64,000 nucleotides of DNA from the NCBI GenBank assembly GCA_040389905.1, contig JAZJZK010000010.1:38510-102509 (forward strand). The letters are read 5' to 3'. The translations under genes were made by a program, and so were the position numbers. The notes beneath the pieces are model-generated. The model was not told where the DNA came from and did no database searches. It was given only the letters and a program-made list of their open reading frames with translations. The stretch is from Gemmatimonadota bacterium. Lineage in GTDB: Bacteria > Gemmatimonadota > Gemmatimonadetes > Gemmatimonadales > Gemmatimonadaceae. Of the stretch, positions 29,305-39,703 are shown piece after piece (within the stretch, counting starts at the first letter, position 1; the number at the start of each line of letters is the position of its first letter).

Positions 29305-30734
29305 ACGCGAACCTCCTCGTGCACGGGCTCGTCCATCTGTTCGCCGATCATTGGGCCGACGACCTCCGCGAGAAACTCGTCGACCTGCTCCGGTGCGCGG
29401 CCCACATAGCGCTTTGGGTCCATCGCGCGCTCGAGTTCGTCGCGTGAGACGTCGAATGCGTCATCGGCGGCAATGCGGTCGAGCAAGTCGTTGTGTTCCG
29501 CGCCATCCTTGAGCGCACGCGCGGCAGCGATGCTGTACTGACGGATGCGCTCGTGCGCCTCTTGCCGGTTTCCCCCGCCGCGCACGGCGCGCACGATGAG
29601 CTCTTCGGTCGCCATGAAGGGCAACTCATCCATCAACCGGCGACGAATGCGCGCGGGGTGCACCTCGAGCCCGGACGCGATGTTCTCCATGAGGCTGAGG
29701 ATTGCATCCGTCGCGAGAAATGACTCCGGAATCGCGAGGCGCCGGTTCGCGCTATCGTCCAGTGTGCGCTCGAAAAACTGCACCGAGTGCGTCTGGTTCG
29801 CATTCGCTTCGAGCGTCCCGACGAAACGCGCGAGCGACGCAATGCGCTCGGAGCGCATCGGATTTCGTTTGTACGCCATCGCAGACGAACCGATCTGATC
29901 GCGCTCGAACGGCTCCTCGATTTCACCGAACGCCTGTAGCATGCGGATGTCCGCCGAGAACTTCGCTGCGCTCGCTGCGATGCCGCTCACGACGCCAAGG
30001 ACGTGCGCGTCGAGCTTTCGGGAATAGGTCTGGCCGCTCACCGGAATCGATTCGCGAAAACCGATCGCTTCGGTCACGAGACGATCGAGTTCGCGCACCT
30101 TGGCGTGATCGCCTTCGAAGATCTCGAGAAAGCTCGCCTGAGTTCCCGTCGTACCTTTGACGCCGCGACAGGGCAGCGTGGCGATCCGGTGATCGAGGTC
30201 CGCCAGATCGAGCAGGAGGTCCTGCATCCACAGCGTGGCACGCTTGCCGACGGTCGTTGGCTGAGCGGGCTGAAGATGTGTGTAGCCAAGAGTGGGCTCG
30301 GCGCGCCATTCGCGCGCGAACGCCGAGAGCACGCGAAGGACGCGGATGACGCGGCCGCGAAGCAGTTGGAGGCCGCGCCGCATCTGAATCAGGTCGCCGT
30401 TGTCCGTGACGAAGGCACTGGTCGCGCCAAGATGGATGAACTTGTGCGCCGCCGGCGCGCAGTCTCCGAACGCGTGGATGTGCGCCATGACGTCGTGCCG
30501 GAATCGACGCTCGTACACGGCGACCGCCTCGAAATCGATATCGTCGAGATGCGCGCGCATTTGCGTGAGCGCTTCCGCGGGAATATCGACGCCGAGGCGT
30601 TGTTCGGATTCGGCCAGCGCCAGCCAGAGGCGGCGCCACAGTCCGTGTCGCGTTTTCGGCGACCACAGCTCGAGCATGGCCTTCGAGGCATACCGCTCAG
30701 CGAGCGGAGACGAGTAGCGGTCGTGCGCCGTCAT
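29301..30734 (-). CDS. purB: adenylosuccinate lyase
   Basis: [31 protein letters not shown]. Confidence 0.97.
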   Translation of the reverse strand: MTAHDRYSSPLAERYASKAMLELWSPKTRHGLWRRLWLALAESEQRLGVDIPAEALTQMRAHLDDIDFEAVAVYERRFRHDVMAHIHAFGDCAPAAHKFIHLGATSAFVTDNGDLIQMRRGLQLLRGRVIRVLRVLSAFAREWRAEPTLGYTHLQPAQPTTVGKRATLWMQDLLLDLADLDHRIATLPCRGVKGTTGTQASFLEIFEGDHAKVRELDRLVTEAIGFRESIPVSGQTYSRKLDAHVLGVVSGIAASAAKFSADIRMLQAFGEIEEPFERDQIGSSAMAYKRNPMRSERIASLARFVGTLEANANQTHSVQFFERTLDDSANRRLAIPESFLATDAILSLMENIASGLEVHPARIRRRLMDELPFMATEELIVRAVRGGGNRQEAHERIRQYSIAAARALKDGAEHNDLLDRIAADDAFDVSRDELERAMDPKRYVGRAPEQVDEFLAEVVGPMIGEQMDEPVHEEVRV

Positions 30735-32134
30735 CGAATCACAAAATCAACTGGGAAGAGTTGGCCCCCTCGTTCGCAAACCATGCGGATCGGTCCCCGT
30801 CCCGCATAGTAATCGAGCGCGCGCGATGCGTCCTCGGCGGTCGCGATCTCGGTGCGATTCACGGCGACGATGACGTCGCCTGCCTGAATGCCAAGTTCCT
30901 GAGCAATCCGGTCACTCGACTTGTAGACCAGGGCGCCGCGCTCCGAGCGGACTCCACGTTCCGCGCGAATCGCCGCGGTCAACGTCACGAGCTCGAGCTC
31001 GCGGAGCACCTGCACCTTTGGTGCGGTGACCTCCGGCAGGTCGGCGATTCTCACCGAGACTTGCGTCTCGCCAAGCGTGCGCTTGACGACGAGCGGAACG
31101 TCGTCCCCAACGTGGAGGTCGAGCAGCGCGGCGTCCCAATCGAAGCGATTGCGAATGACGCGCGTGCGTGCCTTGACGATCTGGTCACCCTCCTTGAGCC
31201 CTGCCTTCTCGGCCGGTGACCCCGGTGTGATCGAGGCGATGCGGGCACCCCGGGCAATGGCGTCGCGAGGATTGTCGGTTTTCGGCTGCTCGAGGCGTAC
31301 GCCGATCCACGGTCGTTGCACGCGGCCATGTTTGACCAGATCGTCGGCCACGCGGCGGGCGCGGTTGATTGGAATGGCGAAGCCGAGTCCGATCGAGCCG
31401 CCGCTGTTCGAATAGATGGAGGAGTTGACGCCGATGACCTCGCCGTCCGCGCTGACGAGCGGCCCGCCCGAATTACCGGGGTTGATCGAGGCATCGGTCT
31501 GGATCATGTCGAAGTACGCCGACGCGCCTTCGCCGCGCGCGACAAGATTCCGGCCGACGCCGCTAATGACGCCAGCTGTCACACTCGGCTCCGAATTGCC
31601 GAGCATGAAGCCGTACGGGTTGCCGATGGCGATGGCCCATTCGCCGACGAGCAGGTTCTCCGAATCACCGAGCGGGGCGACGGGGAGATTCTTCGCGTCG
31701 ACCTTCAGCACGGCGAGATCGTTGGTCTCGTCCGTTCCGATCTGCTTCGCGGGATATGTCGTGCCGTCCCGCAGCATGACGGAGATAGTGGTGGCGCCGG
31801 CTACGACGTGCGCATTCGTGACGATCAATCCGTCGGCGCGGATGATGAAGCCGGTGCCGAGGCCGGAGGATGTTTGCGTACCGGAACGTCCGCCGCCGAA
31901 GAAGGAACTAAAGAAGTCCGGTGCGACGCGTTGCACGACTTCCGTTTGCACGGTGACGACGGCGGGAGCGACCTTGGCCACGGCGTCGGTGATCGCATTC
32001 CTGCGTGAAACGGCGATCGGCGGGGACTTAGGCGCATCGGTGGTCGCGCGTGCGCCTTGCGCGGATGACTCAGAGGGAGAGCCGCTGCAGGCGATGACGC
32101 CGGCGGCAAGGAGCAGTGATAGGCTATATCGCAT
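30731..32134 (-). CDS. HtrA/DegP-family serine protease, lipoprotein, two PDZ domains
   Basis: Lipobox VIAC, TNAHVV, DLAVLK, QTDASINPGNSGG. Confidence 0.93.
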   Translation of the reverse strand: MRYSLSLLLAAGVIACSGSPSESSAQGARATTDAPKSPPIAVSRRNAITDAVAKVAPAVVTVQTEVVQRVAPDFFSSFFGGGRSGTQTSSGLGTGFIIRADGLIVTNAHVVAGATTISVMLRDGTTYPAKQIGTDETNDLAVLKVDAKNLPVAPLGDSENLLVGEWAIAIGNPYGFMLGNSEPSVTAGVISGVGRNLVARGEGASAYFDMIQTDASINPGNSGGPLVSADGEVIGVNSSIYSNSGGSIGLGFAIPINRARRVADDLVKHGRVQRPWIGVRLEQPKTDNPRDAIARGARIASITPGSPAEKAGLKEGDQIVKARTRVIRNRFDWDAALLDLHVGDDVPLVVKRTLGETQVSVRIADLPEVTAPKVQVLRELELVTLTAAIRAERGVRSERGALVYKSSDRIAQELGIQAGDVIVAVNRTEIATAEDASRALDYYAGRGPIRMVCERGGQLFPVDFVIR

Positions 32135-32796
32135 CAGGTGCTTGGCCATGTGCGGCGAAGTCGCGCGGTGTCGCCAAGGAATTGCTCGACGCCGCGATCG
32201 GTGAGTGGGTGAGTGAGCAATGCGCGGCACGCGTCCCCCGAAAGGGCTGCGGCATCCGCCCCGGCAGCCGCGCACGCGCCGAACTGTGCCGGGGACGCTG
32301 GATTGACGGCAACGACGTCGCACTCCGCATTCGATGTGGCAAAGGCGGCGCGGATGTCGCGGAGGACAGCGATACCGTCGTGGCCGGCTTCATCGAGTTG
32401 ATCGATGGAGACGACCACGCTCGACGCGCCCGCCCGCACGGCGATGAGCGCCTGCGCGGCGTTGTAGACGAAGGTGCTCGCGACGCGGATGCCGTCTGCG
32501 TGCAGCCGCCGCATGGCGCCCAGCGTTGCTTCGACCAGGGGAAGTTGGACGACCATCTGGTCGGACAGCTTCGCGAGTTCCTTGCCGTCTCGGTAGGCAT
32601 CACCGGCGTCGACGGAGTGGATCGACGCGAAGATGGGACCGTGAATGAGCCGGCACAACTCCAGCAGATGTGCCCGGGCGTCGCCGAATACTTCGTCGGC
32701 GAGGAGCGTGGGTGTCGTGAGAATGCCATCGATCATTCCGCGCGAGGCGCCCCACGCGACATCGTCCACGGCAGCGGTGGCGAGAAAGATCTTCAT
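32134..32796 (-). CDS. transaldolase/FSA-family protein with degenerate active site
   Basis: Colinear with small Tal proteins, but the DTA, TTNP and VKIP motifs read ATA, LTTP and VQLP. Confidence 0.8.
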   Translation of the reverse strand: MKIFLATAAVDDVAWGASRGMIDGILTTPTLLADEVFGDARAHLLELCRLIHGPIFASIHSVDAGDAYRDGKELAKLSDQMVVQLPLVEATLGAMRRLHADGIRVASTFVYNAAQALIAVRAGASSVVVSIDQLDEAGHDGIAVLRDIRAAFATSNAECDVVAVNPASPAQFGACAAAGADAAALSGDACRALLTHPLTDRGVEQFLGDTARLRRTWPST

Positions 32797-33572
32797 TCGC
32801 CCTCCGGGAGGTAGAACTCCGCGGGATAGCGCACGACGTCGAGGAAGAGCGCGTGTCCGGGGGCCGGCGCCGATACGTCATCATTCGTCGGCGCAGCGAG
32901 CAGTTCATGCAGGTCGGAAAGCGGGCGTTTGCCGCTGGCGATCGACGTCATGGTGCCCACGAGAAAGCGCACCATGTGGTGGAGAAATCGATTCGACTCG
33001 ACGTCGAAGACCAGTCCGCCTGGGCGTGCGCTCCACGCGGCGTGAACGATGTTGCAGACATGGTTGTCGTCGGCGGGAGCGGTACCACGAACGGCGAACG
33101 CACGAAATGAGTGCGCGCCACGAATGGCCGTCGCGGCGTCGTCGAGCAGCACTCGGTCCAGGGGATGTGCATATGCCCATTCCGTGCCTCGCCGGAAAGG
33201 CGACGCGGCCGCTTCGTCGGTGCCGATGTAATAGCTGTATCGCCTCGCTGTGGCGCTGTACCGCGCATGAAAGTCGTCTCGCATCGCATGAACCGCAGCG
33301 ACCCACATGTCGTGCGGAAGCAGTGCGTTCAATGCGCGTCGCAAGGCGGATGGTGTCCACCGCTCCGGTACGCGCACCCCCACTGACTGTCCGCGAGCAT
33401 GTACGCCCGCATCGGTTCGTCCCGATCCAAGGGCCGCAACGGGCCCGGCACAGAGCCGCGCCAATGCGTCCTCGAGTGCGCCCTGCACAGTGCGCCGATC
33501 GGGCTGCCGCTGCCATCCACTGAAACCCGTGCCATCGTAGTGCAACACGAGCTGCAACGTGCGAGTCGGCAT
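32793..33572 (-). CDS. truA: tRNA pseudouridine(38-40) synthase
   Basis: YDGTGFSGWQ, GRTDAGVHA, FHARYSA, FLHHMVR. Confidence 0.97.
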   Translation of the reverse strand: MPTRTLQLVLHYDGTGFSGWQRQPDRRTVQGALEDALARLCAGPVAALGSGRTDAGVHARGQSVGVRVPERWTPSALRRALNALLPHDMWVAAVHAMRDDFHARYSATARRYSYYIGTDEAAASPFRRGTEWAYAHPLDRVLLDDAATAIRGAHSFRAFAVRGTAPADDNHVCNIVHAAWSARPGGLVFDVESNRFLHHMVRFLVGTMTSIASGKRPLSDLHELLAAPTNDDVSAPAPGHALFLDVVRYPAEFYLPEGE

Positions 33573-33693
33573 CAACTTAAAAACTACCTGCGCCGACAGG
33601 AGTGTCAAGCAATGTGCGATTGACTTTGCACTCACAGCGCGTCCACTTTTCACCTCCGCCGCGCCTTGCGGACGGTGTTCCTCAGCCTGCCGG

Positions 33694-34995
33694 ATGCCTC
33701 CTCGTACGCTCGCATCGCTTGCGCACGCGCTCTGCGTGGCGCCCGACCTCGACGCATCCCTCCTCGCGCTTGCGGATGCCGTCGCGGAGGCGGACCGCTT
33801 TGCGCAGGTCGCATTGGTGTGCTACGACGCCCGCAGAGGGATGCTGGGTGACCGGCTCTTTCCGCGCGGCGATGTCGTAACACGGCAGTTGCTCGAGACG
33901 ACATTCGATCACCTGCCGACGAAAGAACGCATCGCGGTGGCGGCGGGCGGCGGCTTCATCGATTTCGGCGATCATTCCGATGAGTTCGCGCCGTTGTTCG
34001 CGCTCGACAAGCTGCCCGACGTTGGCTGGCTGTCGCTGCGCGGCATTCGGTTCGAAGGACAATTGTCGGCCATCCTCGTGCTCTACGAAACGCGAAAATT
34101 CTTCGGCACGCGTTCGTCCGAGCGCATCGCACCCTCCGTGGCGCTGTTCGACCTGGCGTACGCACGCTTTGCGGAGCGCGAGGCGCGCGAAGAGGCGGTA
34201 CGCACGTTGGAGGAAGTGACGCAGCACGTGCACGCGGAATACGCCCGGAAGCTTGCGCTCCTCGAGGAAAAGCTGTTTCAGGCCGCTGATCAACAGGCGG
34301 TAGCGGAACCGGAGCGGCTTGTGGCGTTGGAGCGGGAGCTCGCGGGCGCGCTCGAGGATGCGCGGCGCACGGCACGACGTGCAGATGCCGTCGAGGCACA
34401 GGTGAGCGCGGCGGTGGAGCAACTCGAGAAGGCGCACATCGAGCTCCACCGGCAGGGTGAGGACCTTCGGCAGCGATCGCGAACCATCTACCTCATCGAC
34501 AGAGTCCTCACGCTCGATGCGCTGACCGACGATCCGCGAGAGATGGTCAACGGGCTCCTAACGCTGGTCGGCGACGACATGGCGGCGCAACGCTGCTCGC
34601 TCCTGCTGCACATTCCCGATGAACACGCGCTCTATGTGGCCGCGGCGCGAGGGATTACGCCGGCCATTCCCACGGGCCACCGCGTGCAATTCGGGGAAGG
34701 CGTGGCGGGAAAGGTCGCCGCCACGCGTGAGCCGCTCCTCGTACAGGACGTGGCGGAGGCGTACAACCATCCGCTCATTCGCGACGAGTTCTTCACCACC
34801 GGGTCGTTCATCAGCTTCCCGCTCGTCTATCACGGTGCGCTCGTGGGGGTGGTGAATCTCGCCAACCGCGCGATGCACGGAATTTTCGTGGAGGAGGACA
34901 TCGAGCGCGTTCGACTCCTGGGGCTCGTCATCTCGCTGGTTGCGACGCAGGCGCGGCTTAGCGACCGCATGCTGGAGACGCTCGGTGTCAGCTAG
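33694..34995 (+). CDS. coiled-coil plus GAF-domain protein with no output domain
   Basis: GEGVAGKVA...PLLVQD...SFPL...GVVNL; heptad-rich middle. Confidence 0.8.
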   Translation: MPPRTLASLAHALCVAPDLDASLLALADAVAEADRFAQVALVCYDARRGMLGDRLFPRGDVVTRQLLETTFDHLPTKERIAVAAGGGFIDFGDHSDEFAPLFALDKLPDVGWLSLRGIRFEGQLSAILVLYETRKFFGTRSSERIAPSVALFDLAYARFAEREAREEAVRTLEEVTQHVHAEYARKLALLEEKLFQAADQQAVAEPERLVALERELAGALEDARRTARRADAVEAQVSAAVEQLEKAHIELHRQGEDLRQRSRTIYLIDRVLTLDALTDDPREMVNGLLTLVGDDMAAQRCSLLLHIPDEHALYVAAARGITPAIPTGHRVQFGEGVAGKVAATREPLLVQDVAEAYNHPLIRDEFFTTGSFISFPLVYHGALVGVVNLANRAMHGIFVEEDIERVRLLGLVISLVATQARLSDRMLETLGVS

Positions 34996-36025
34996 CCCCG
35001 CGCCGCCCCTGCAACACGCCATTCGCCAGCTAGCGATGGGGGGGGCGCTGAGCGAGCTGGAGTCCCGCGCCGCCTTCAATTCGGTGATGCAGGGGGAGGG
35101 CACGCACGCACAAATTGCGGCGCTGCTCATCGCATTGCGCGTGAAGGGTGAGACGGCGGATGAAGTCGCGGGTGCGGCAGATGCCATGCGCGGCGCGATG
35201 GTGCACCTGACGGCGGAGCGCCCCGAGGATCTAGTCGATACTTGCGGCACGGGCGGCGGCGCGGTTGGAACGTTCAATATTTCAACAGCGTCGGCGCTCC
35301 TCGCCGCAGGTCTGGGGGTGCGGATCGCGAAGCACGGAAACCGCTCATTCACGTCGCAGTGCGGCAGTGCGGACGTACTCGAGGCGCTGGGCGTGCCGAT
35401 CGACGTGGGGCCGGACGTCATGGAACGTGCGCTCCGCGAGGCGGGAATCGTCTTCATGTTCGCTCCGTTGATGCATCCGGCGATGCGTCATGTGGGCCCG
35501 GTGCGCCGTGAGCTGGGGATTCCGACCGTGATGAACATCGTCGGTCCGTTGGCGAATCCGGCGAGCGCAGGCAGGCAGGTGGTGGGCGTCGCCGATTCGA
35601 AACGCGTTCCACTGATCGCGGGCGCTCTCCGAGCACTCGGCACGGTGCGCGCACTGGTCGTCCACGGCGAGCCAGGGATGGACGAGATCTCGCCCCTAGG
35701 AACGACGCATGTGGTCGAGATTCAGGAGGGTGCCGTTCGGGAGTGGACGATCGATCCCGCGGCGTATGGATTCCCGGCGGGAAATGCTGCTGAGCTCGCA
35801 GGCGGGTCACCATTGGACAACGCGTCGGTCGTACGGGCGGCACTGGAGGGCACGGCGCCACCGACGGCGATCGCCGCTGTGCTGCTCAATGCTGCGGCCG
35901 CGCTCTATATCGCGCCCGGTGGCCCCTCAGACTTTGGCGATGCGATTTCAGCTGCGCGCGTGGGAATTCGCGACGGCGCAGGAATCGCGGCGCTGGACCG
36001 TCTCAAGAAGGCGTTTGCTGGATAG
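34985..36025 (+). CDS. trpD: anthranilate phosphoribosyltransferase
   Basis: DTCGTGG, FNIST, KHGNRS, GSADVLEALG, GPLANP. Confidence 0.97.
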   Translation: MSASPAPPLQHAIRQLAMGGALSELESRAAFNSVMQGEGTHAQIAALLIALRVKGETADEVAGAADAMRGAMVHLTAERPEDLVDTCGTGGGAVGTFNISTASALLAAGLGVRIAKHGNRSFTSQCGSADVLEALGVPIDVGPDVMERALREAGIVFMFAPLMHPAMRHVGPVRRELGIPTVMNIVGPLANPASAGRQVVGVADSKRVPLIAGALRALGTVRALVVHGEPGMDEISPLGTTHVVEIQEGAVREWTIDPAAYGFPAGNAAELAGGSPLDNASVVRAALEGTAPPTAIAAVLLNAAAALYIAPGGPSDFGDAISAARVGIRDGAGIAALDRLKKAFAG

Positions 36026-36047
36026 TGGTCGCCGCCTTGACCTGCAT

Positions 36048-36300
36048 CAATGACGAAGGGTTTGACGCGGATTCTGCGGATTGAGCGGATTTTCCGGGAT
36101 GCCTCTACTGCGCGAGGTGCGTTCCGTCGACATCAAAAAAATCTCCATCTTCGATGTCCCGGGGGCATGTGAAGGTGCGACGCGACGCTCACCGGCTCGG
36201 AGTCAATCCGTCGAATCCGCCAAATCCGTAGAATCTGCTTTTCGAAAACTGGGTCGGTGTGGCCGGAATCGGCGCATAGATCGACCCAACGCGAGACAAT
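36048..36300. repeat. about 250-bp palindromic intergenic element, copy 1
   Basis: GCGGATT-type 9-nt units in inverted arms; colinear blocks shared with 46613-46855. Confidence 0.8.
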
Positions 36301-36351
36301 TGCCGTGAGGTACAGGCCGGGTGGTGCATCTCCACACCGATCGGACCCGGC

Positions 36352-36960
36352 CTAGTACCGCCGCATCACGCCAACAACGATTCCCTGAATGGTGATATCG
36401 TTCTCATGGACGTAGATCGGCGCCATCGTCTCATTCGCCGGCTGCAGCCGAATGCGTCCATCCTTTTCCCGAAAGAACTTCTTCACCGTCGCCGAATTGC
36501 CGTGCAACATGGCGATGACCATTTCGCCGTTGTCCGCACTCTGGCGCTGGTTCACGACGACGAAATCGCCATCGCGAATCTGCTCCTCGATCATTGAGTT
36601 CCCACGCACCCGCAGCACGTAATGATTGCCACCGCGCTGAACGAATGAATCCGGTACCGCAATTGATTCCTGGTGCGTAATGGCCTCGATGGGCACGCCG
36701 GCAGCGACGGCTCCCAACAACGGCAGCTCGATCGCCCTCGGCATGAGATCGCTCGGGAGGATCTCGATGGCGCGGCTTTCATTGTATGACCGCTTGATGA
36801 ACCCTTTTCGCTCCAGATTACTGAGGTGTTCGTGGACGGTGGCCAGCGAGCTATAACTGAAATTCTCCGCAATCTCCTCAAAGCTCGGCGCATAGCCGTT
36901 TTGCTCCGAGTAGAGCGAGAGATAGTTTAGAATCTCGCGTTGGCGTTTCGTGAGCGGCAT
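36352..36960 (-). CDS. lexA: SOS repressor LexA
   Basis: LTKRQREIL, APSFEEIA, VAAGVP cleavage site, GNSM Ser, TVKK Lys. Confidence 0.98.
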   Translation of the reverse strand: MPLTKRQREILNYLSLYSEQNGYAPSFEEIAENFSYSSLATVHEHLSNLERKGFIKRSYNESRAIEILPSDLMPRAIELPLLGAVAAGVPIEAITHQESIAVPDSFVQRGGNHYVLRVRGNSMIEEQIRDGDFVVVNQRQSADNGEMVIAMLHGNSATVKKFFREKDGRIRLQPANETMAPIYVHENDITIQGIVVGVMRRY

Positions 36961-37014
36961 CTGGGCTCCTTCCGATGAGTTTCGCAAGCGAACACCCGCC
37001 GCTCGCGGTCCTGC

Positions 37015-37060
37015 CCGAACAACCCCCGAATAGATTAGCCGAATAAGTCCCGAAGTGCAA
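37015..37060 (-). promoter_or_regulatory. lexA promoter overlapped by candidate SOS boxes
   Basis: TTGCAC-N17-TAATCT on the minus strand; CCGAA at 37015, 37026, 37039, 37050. Confidence 0.7.
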
Positions 37061-37879
37061 GCATATTCTAATTGGCTACCACCAACTGGCACCCTCGGAC
37101 GCATTTCGGCCGAGGCGACGATTCGTGCACAGGCGCTGGAGCCGTTCCGCGCTCAGCTGGAATCGGCAATCGCCGGGCGGCCGGCCACCGACGCATTCGG
37201 GGCCGCGCTCCGTGCATCAACCGGCATATCCGTGATCGCCGAGGTGAAACGCCGGAGTCCGTCGAAAGGCGCGATCGCTGACGCACTCGGAGCAGCCCAA
37301 CAGGCGGAGGCCTACCGGCAAGGAGGCGCGGCCTGCGTCAGCATCCTGACCGAACCGGCGTACTTCGGAGGGAGCAACGAGGATCTCCTCGATGTTCGGC
37401 GACAGGTGGACATACCAGCCCTCAAGAAGGACTTCCACGTCGCGCCAATTCAACTGCTCGAAGCGCGCGCGCTCGGAGCCTCGGCGGCCCTCATCATCGT
37501 GAGAGCGCTTTCGCCGACAGGCCTGGCGGAAATGATGGAAGCCGGTCGAGCCCTGAATCTGGAACTCCTGGTGGAGGTCCGTGATGAGGGCGAACTCGAA
37601 CGCGCCCTCGACGCAGGGGCCACCATCGTCGGCGTCAATAATCGTGACCTCGAGACGCTGATCATCGATGGGGGCACAGCCGAGCGCATTATCCCGCTCA
37701 TTCCGGTGTCTGTGACTGCCGTCGCTGAAAGTGGCGTGGCGCGTCGTGAAGATGTTCATCGCTACGCCGATGCCGGCGCAGACGCAGTGCTGGTGGGCTC
37801 GACGCTCTCAGCATCGCCCGATCCGGTCGCCGCAACGCGCGCTCTCGCGGGTGTGCCAAGGAGGTCCCGTGCCCGCTGA
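37055..37879 (+). CDS. trpC: indole-3-glycerol phosphate synthase
   Basis: IAEVKRRSPSKG, SILTE, LKKDF, GVNNRDL, AESG. Confidence 0.97.
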   Translation: MQAYSNWLPPTGTLGRISAEATIRAQALEPFRAQLESAIAGRPATDAFGAALRASTGISVIAEVKRRSPSKGAIADALGAAQQAEAYRQGGAACVSILTEPAYFGGSNEDLLDVRRQVDIPALKKDFHVAPIQLLEARALGASAALIIVRALSPTGLAEMMEAGRALNLELLVEVRDEGELERALDAGATIVGVNNRDLETLIIDGGTAERIIPLIPVSVTAVAESGVARREDVHRYADAGADAVLVGSTLSASPDPVAATRALAGVPRRSRAR

Positions 37880-38516
37880 CGTGAAGATCTGTGGCCTGAC
37901 GAGGTCGGTGGACGCGGAGTTCGCGGATGCAGCGGGGGCTGCGTACCTCGGAGTGATCTTCGCTGGCGGACCCCGGCAGCGCACGCCGGCAGAGTCGCGG
38001 GCCACCTTGGCTGGGCGACGCGCCAGAAAGGTAGGCGTCTTCGGGATGCAGCCCGATGAGGAAATCGCGAGTATATCTTCCATGGTCGGACTCGACGTCC
38101 TTCAGTTACACGGTAGAAGCACGCCAGACCGAGTTGTCGGTCTGCGCGCGGCCACGGGTCTGGAAATCTGGGCGGTCGTGCGAACGGCGACCGGGCATCT
38201 GCCGGAGGGAATCGACGAACTGGCCGACGCGGCCGATGCCCTTGTGATCGATGCGCTGGTGCCAGGCCAGCTTGGTGGGACCGGCACAGTGATTCCGTGG
38301 CTGCAACTGGGGGAGGCGCTCGATGAGATGGCGTCGGGCCACCGAATCGTGCTCGCGGGTGGCTTGACCGCTGAGAACGTTTCCGAGGCAATTGACTACG
38401 TTTCGCCTACTGTGGTGGACGTATCGTCCGGCGTCGAATCGGCGCCGGGCATCAAGGATCAGATGCGCGTCCGTGCGTTCATCGCCGCGGCGCGCGAGAC
38501 TGGAGCGGATCGATGA
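37869..38516 (+). CDS. trpF: phosphoribosylanthranilate isomerase
   Basis: VKICGL, QLHG, GGTG, LAGGL, DVSSGVE. Confidence 0.96.
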   Translation: MPADVKICGLTRSVDAEFADAAGAAYLGVIFAGGPRQRTPAESRATLAGRRARKVGVFGMQPDEEIASISSMVGLDVLQLHGRSTPDRVVGLRAATGLEIWAVVRTATGHLPEGIDELADAADALVIDALVPGQLGGTGTVIPWLQLGEALDEMASGHRIVLAGGLTAENVSEAIDYVSPTVVDVSSGVESAPGIKDQMRVRAFIAAARETGADR

Positions 38517-39703
38517 GTGTGTCAGTGCACCCCTCTACGCGGTTTGGCGCATTCGGCGGGAAGTACGTTCCCGAGACACTGATTCCCGCGCTCGAGGAGC
38601 TCGAGGACGCATACGCTGCCGCACAGGCAGATGCCTCGTTTCGCGAAGACCTGTCCTTCATGCTCTCATCGTACGTCGGGCGGCCCTCTCCGCTGAGCGA
38701 AGCGCCTCGGCTCTCGGAGCGTGTTGGCGCTCGCGTGTTGCTCAAGCGCGAAGACCTCAACCACACGGGCGCCCACAAGATCAACAACACCGTCGGACAG
38801 GTGCTCCTGGCGCGGCGAATGGGCAAGCCGCGGATCATCGCGGAAACTGGTGCGGGGCAGCACGGCGTCGCGACCGCGACGGTCTGCGCTCGATTCGGGC
38901 TGGAATGCGTGGTGTACATGGGCGAGGAGGACATGCGGCGGCAGTCGCTCAACGTCTTCCGGATGCGGCTGATGGGTGCCACAGTGGTTCCCGTCACGAG
39001 TGGTACGCGTACGCTGAAGGACGCCACGAGCGAGGCGATTCGCGACTGGGTGACGAATGTCAACGACACGCACTACATCATTGGATCCGTTGTCGGACCG
39101 GCGCCGTACCCTCGCATGGTGAGAGACTTCCAGGCCATCATCGGCGTCGAAGCGCGGGCACAGGTCATCGAGCGAACGGGCGCGCTGCCCAGGAGCGTGA
39201 TTGCCTGTGTGGGCGGAGGATCGAACGCGATGGGCATTTTCCACGCATTCGTGCCCGATGAGGCCGTCGAGTTGATCGGAGTGGAGGCGGCGGGAGAGGG
39301 ACTCGACACCGATCGGCATTCTGCATCGCTCACGCGGGGAACGCCGGGCGTGCTGCACGGGGCCCTCAGCTATCTCCTTCAGGATGACGCGGGGCAGGTG
39401 CATCCTGCCCACTCGATTTCCGCTGGCCTGGACTACCCTGGCGTTGGGCCGGAGCACTCCTTCCTCAAGGACAGCGGCCGTGCAACGTATGTCTCCGTCC
39501 GTGACGACGAGGCCATGGAGGGCTTTCAGACATTGAGCCGCCTGGAGGGTATCATCCCCGCGCTCGAGTCTGCCCATGCCGTCGCCTGGATGGCCGGCGA
39601 GCGTGGCAGGTGGAATCGTGACGATTCGGTGTTGCTCTGTGTCAGTGGACGTGGTGACAAGGACGTGGCGCAGGTGATGGAAATGGGTATCTTGGACGCG
39701 TGA
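38513..39703 (+). CDS. trpB: tryptophan synthase beta chain
   Basis: [37 protein letters not shown]. Confidence 0.98.
   Translation: MSVSVHPSTRFGAFGGKYVPETLIPALEELEDAYAAAQADASFREDLSFMLSSYVGRPSPLSEAPRLSERVGARVLLKREDLNHTGAHKINNTVGQVLLARRMGKPRIIAETGAGQHGVATATVCARFGLECVVYMGEEDMRRQSLNVFRMRLMGATVVPVTSGTRTLKDATSEAIRDWVTNVNDTHYIIGSVVGPAPYPRMVRDFQAIIGVEARAQVIERTGALPRSVIACVGGGSNAMGIFHAFVPDEAVELIGVEAAGEGLDTDRHSASLTRGTPGVLHGALSYLLQDDAGQVHPAHSISAGLDYPGVGPEHSFLKDSGRATYVSVRDDEAMEGFQTLSRLEGIIPALESAHAVAWMAGERGRWNRDDSVLLCVSGRGDKDVAQVMEMGILDA

Noticed and set aside
36081..36308. 75-aa ORF inside the repeat element
   Set aside because: The 9-nt periodicity keeps frames open; no equivalent plus-strand ORF is listed for copy 2
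36961..37054. trp attenuator leader peptide
   Set aside because: No Trp-codon leader ORF or terminator/antiterminator; the region is occupied by the lexA promoter
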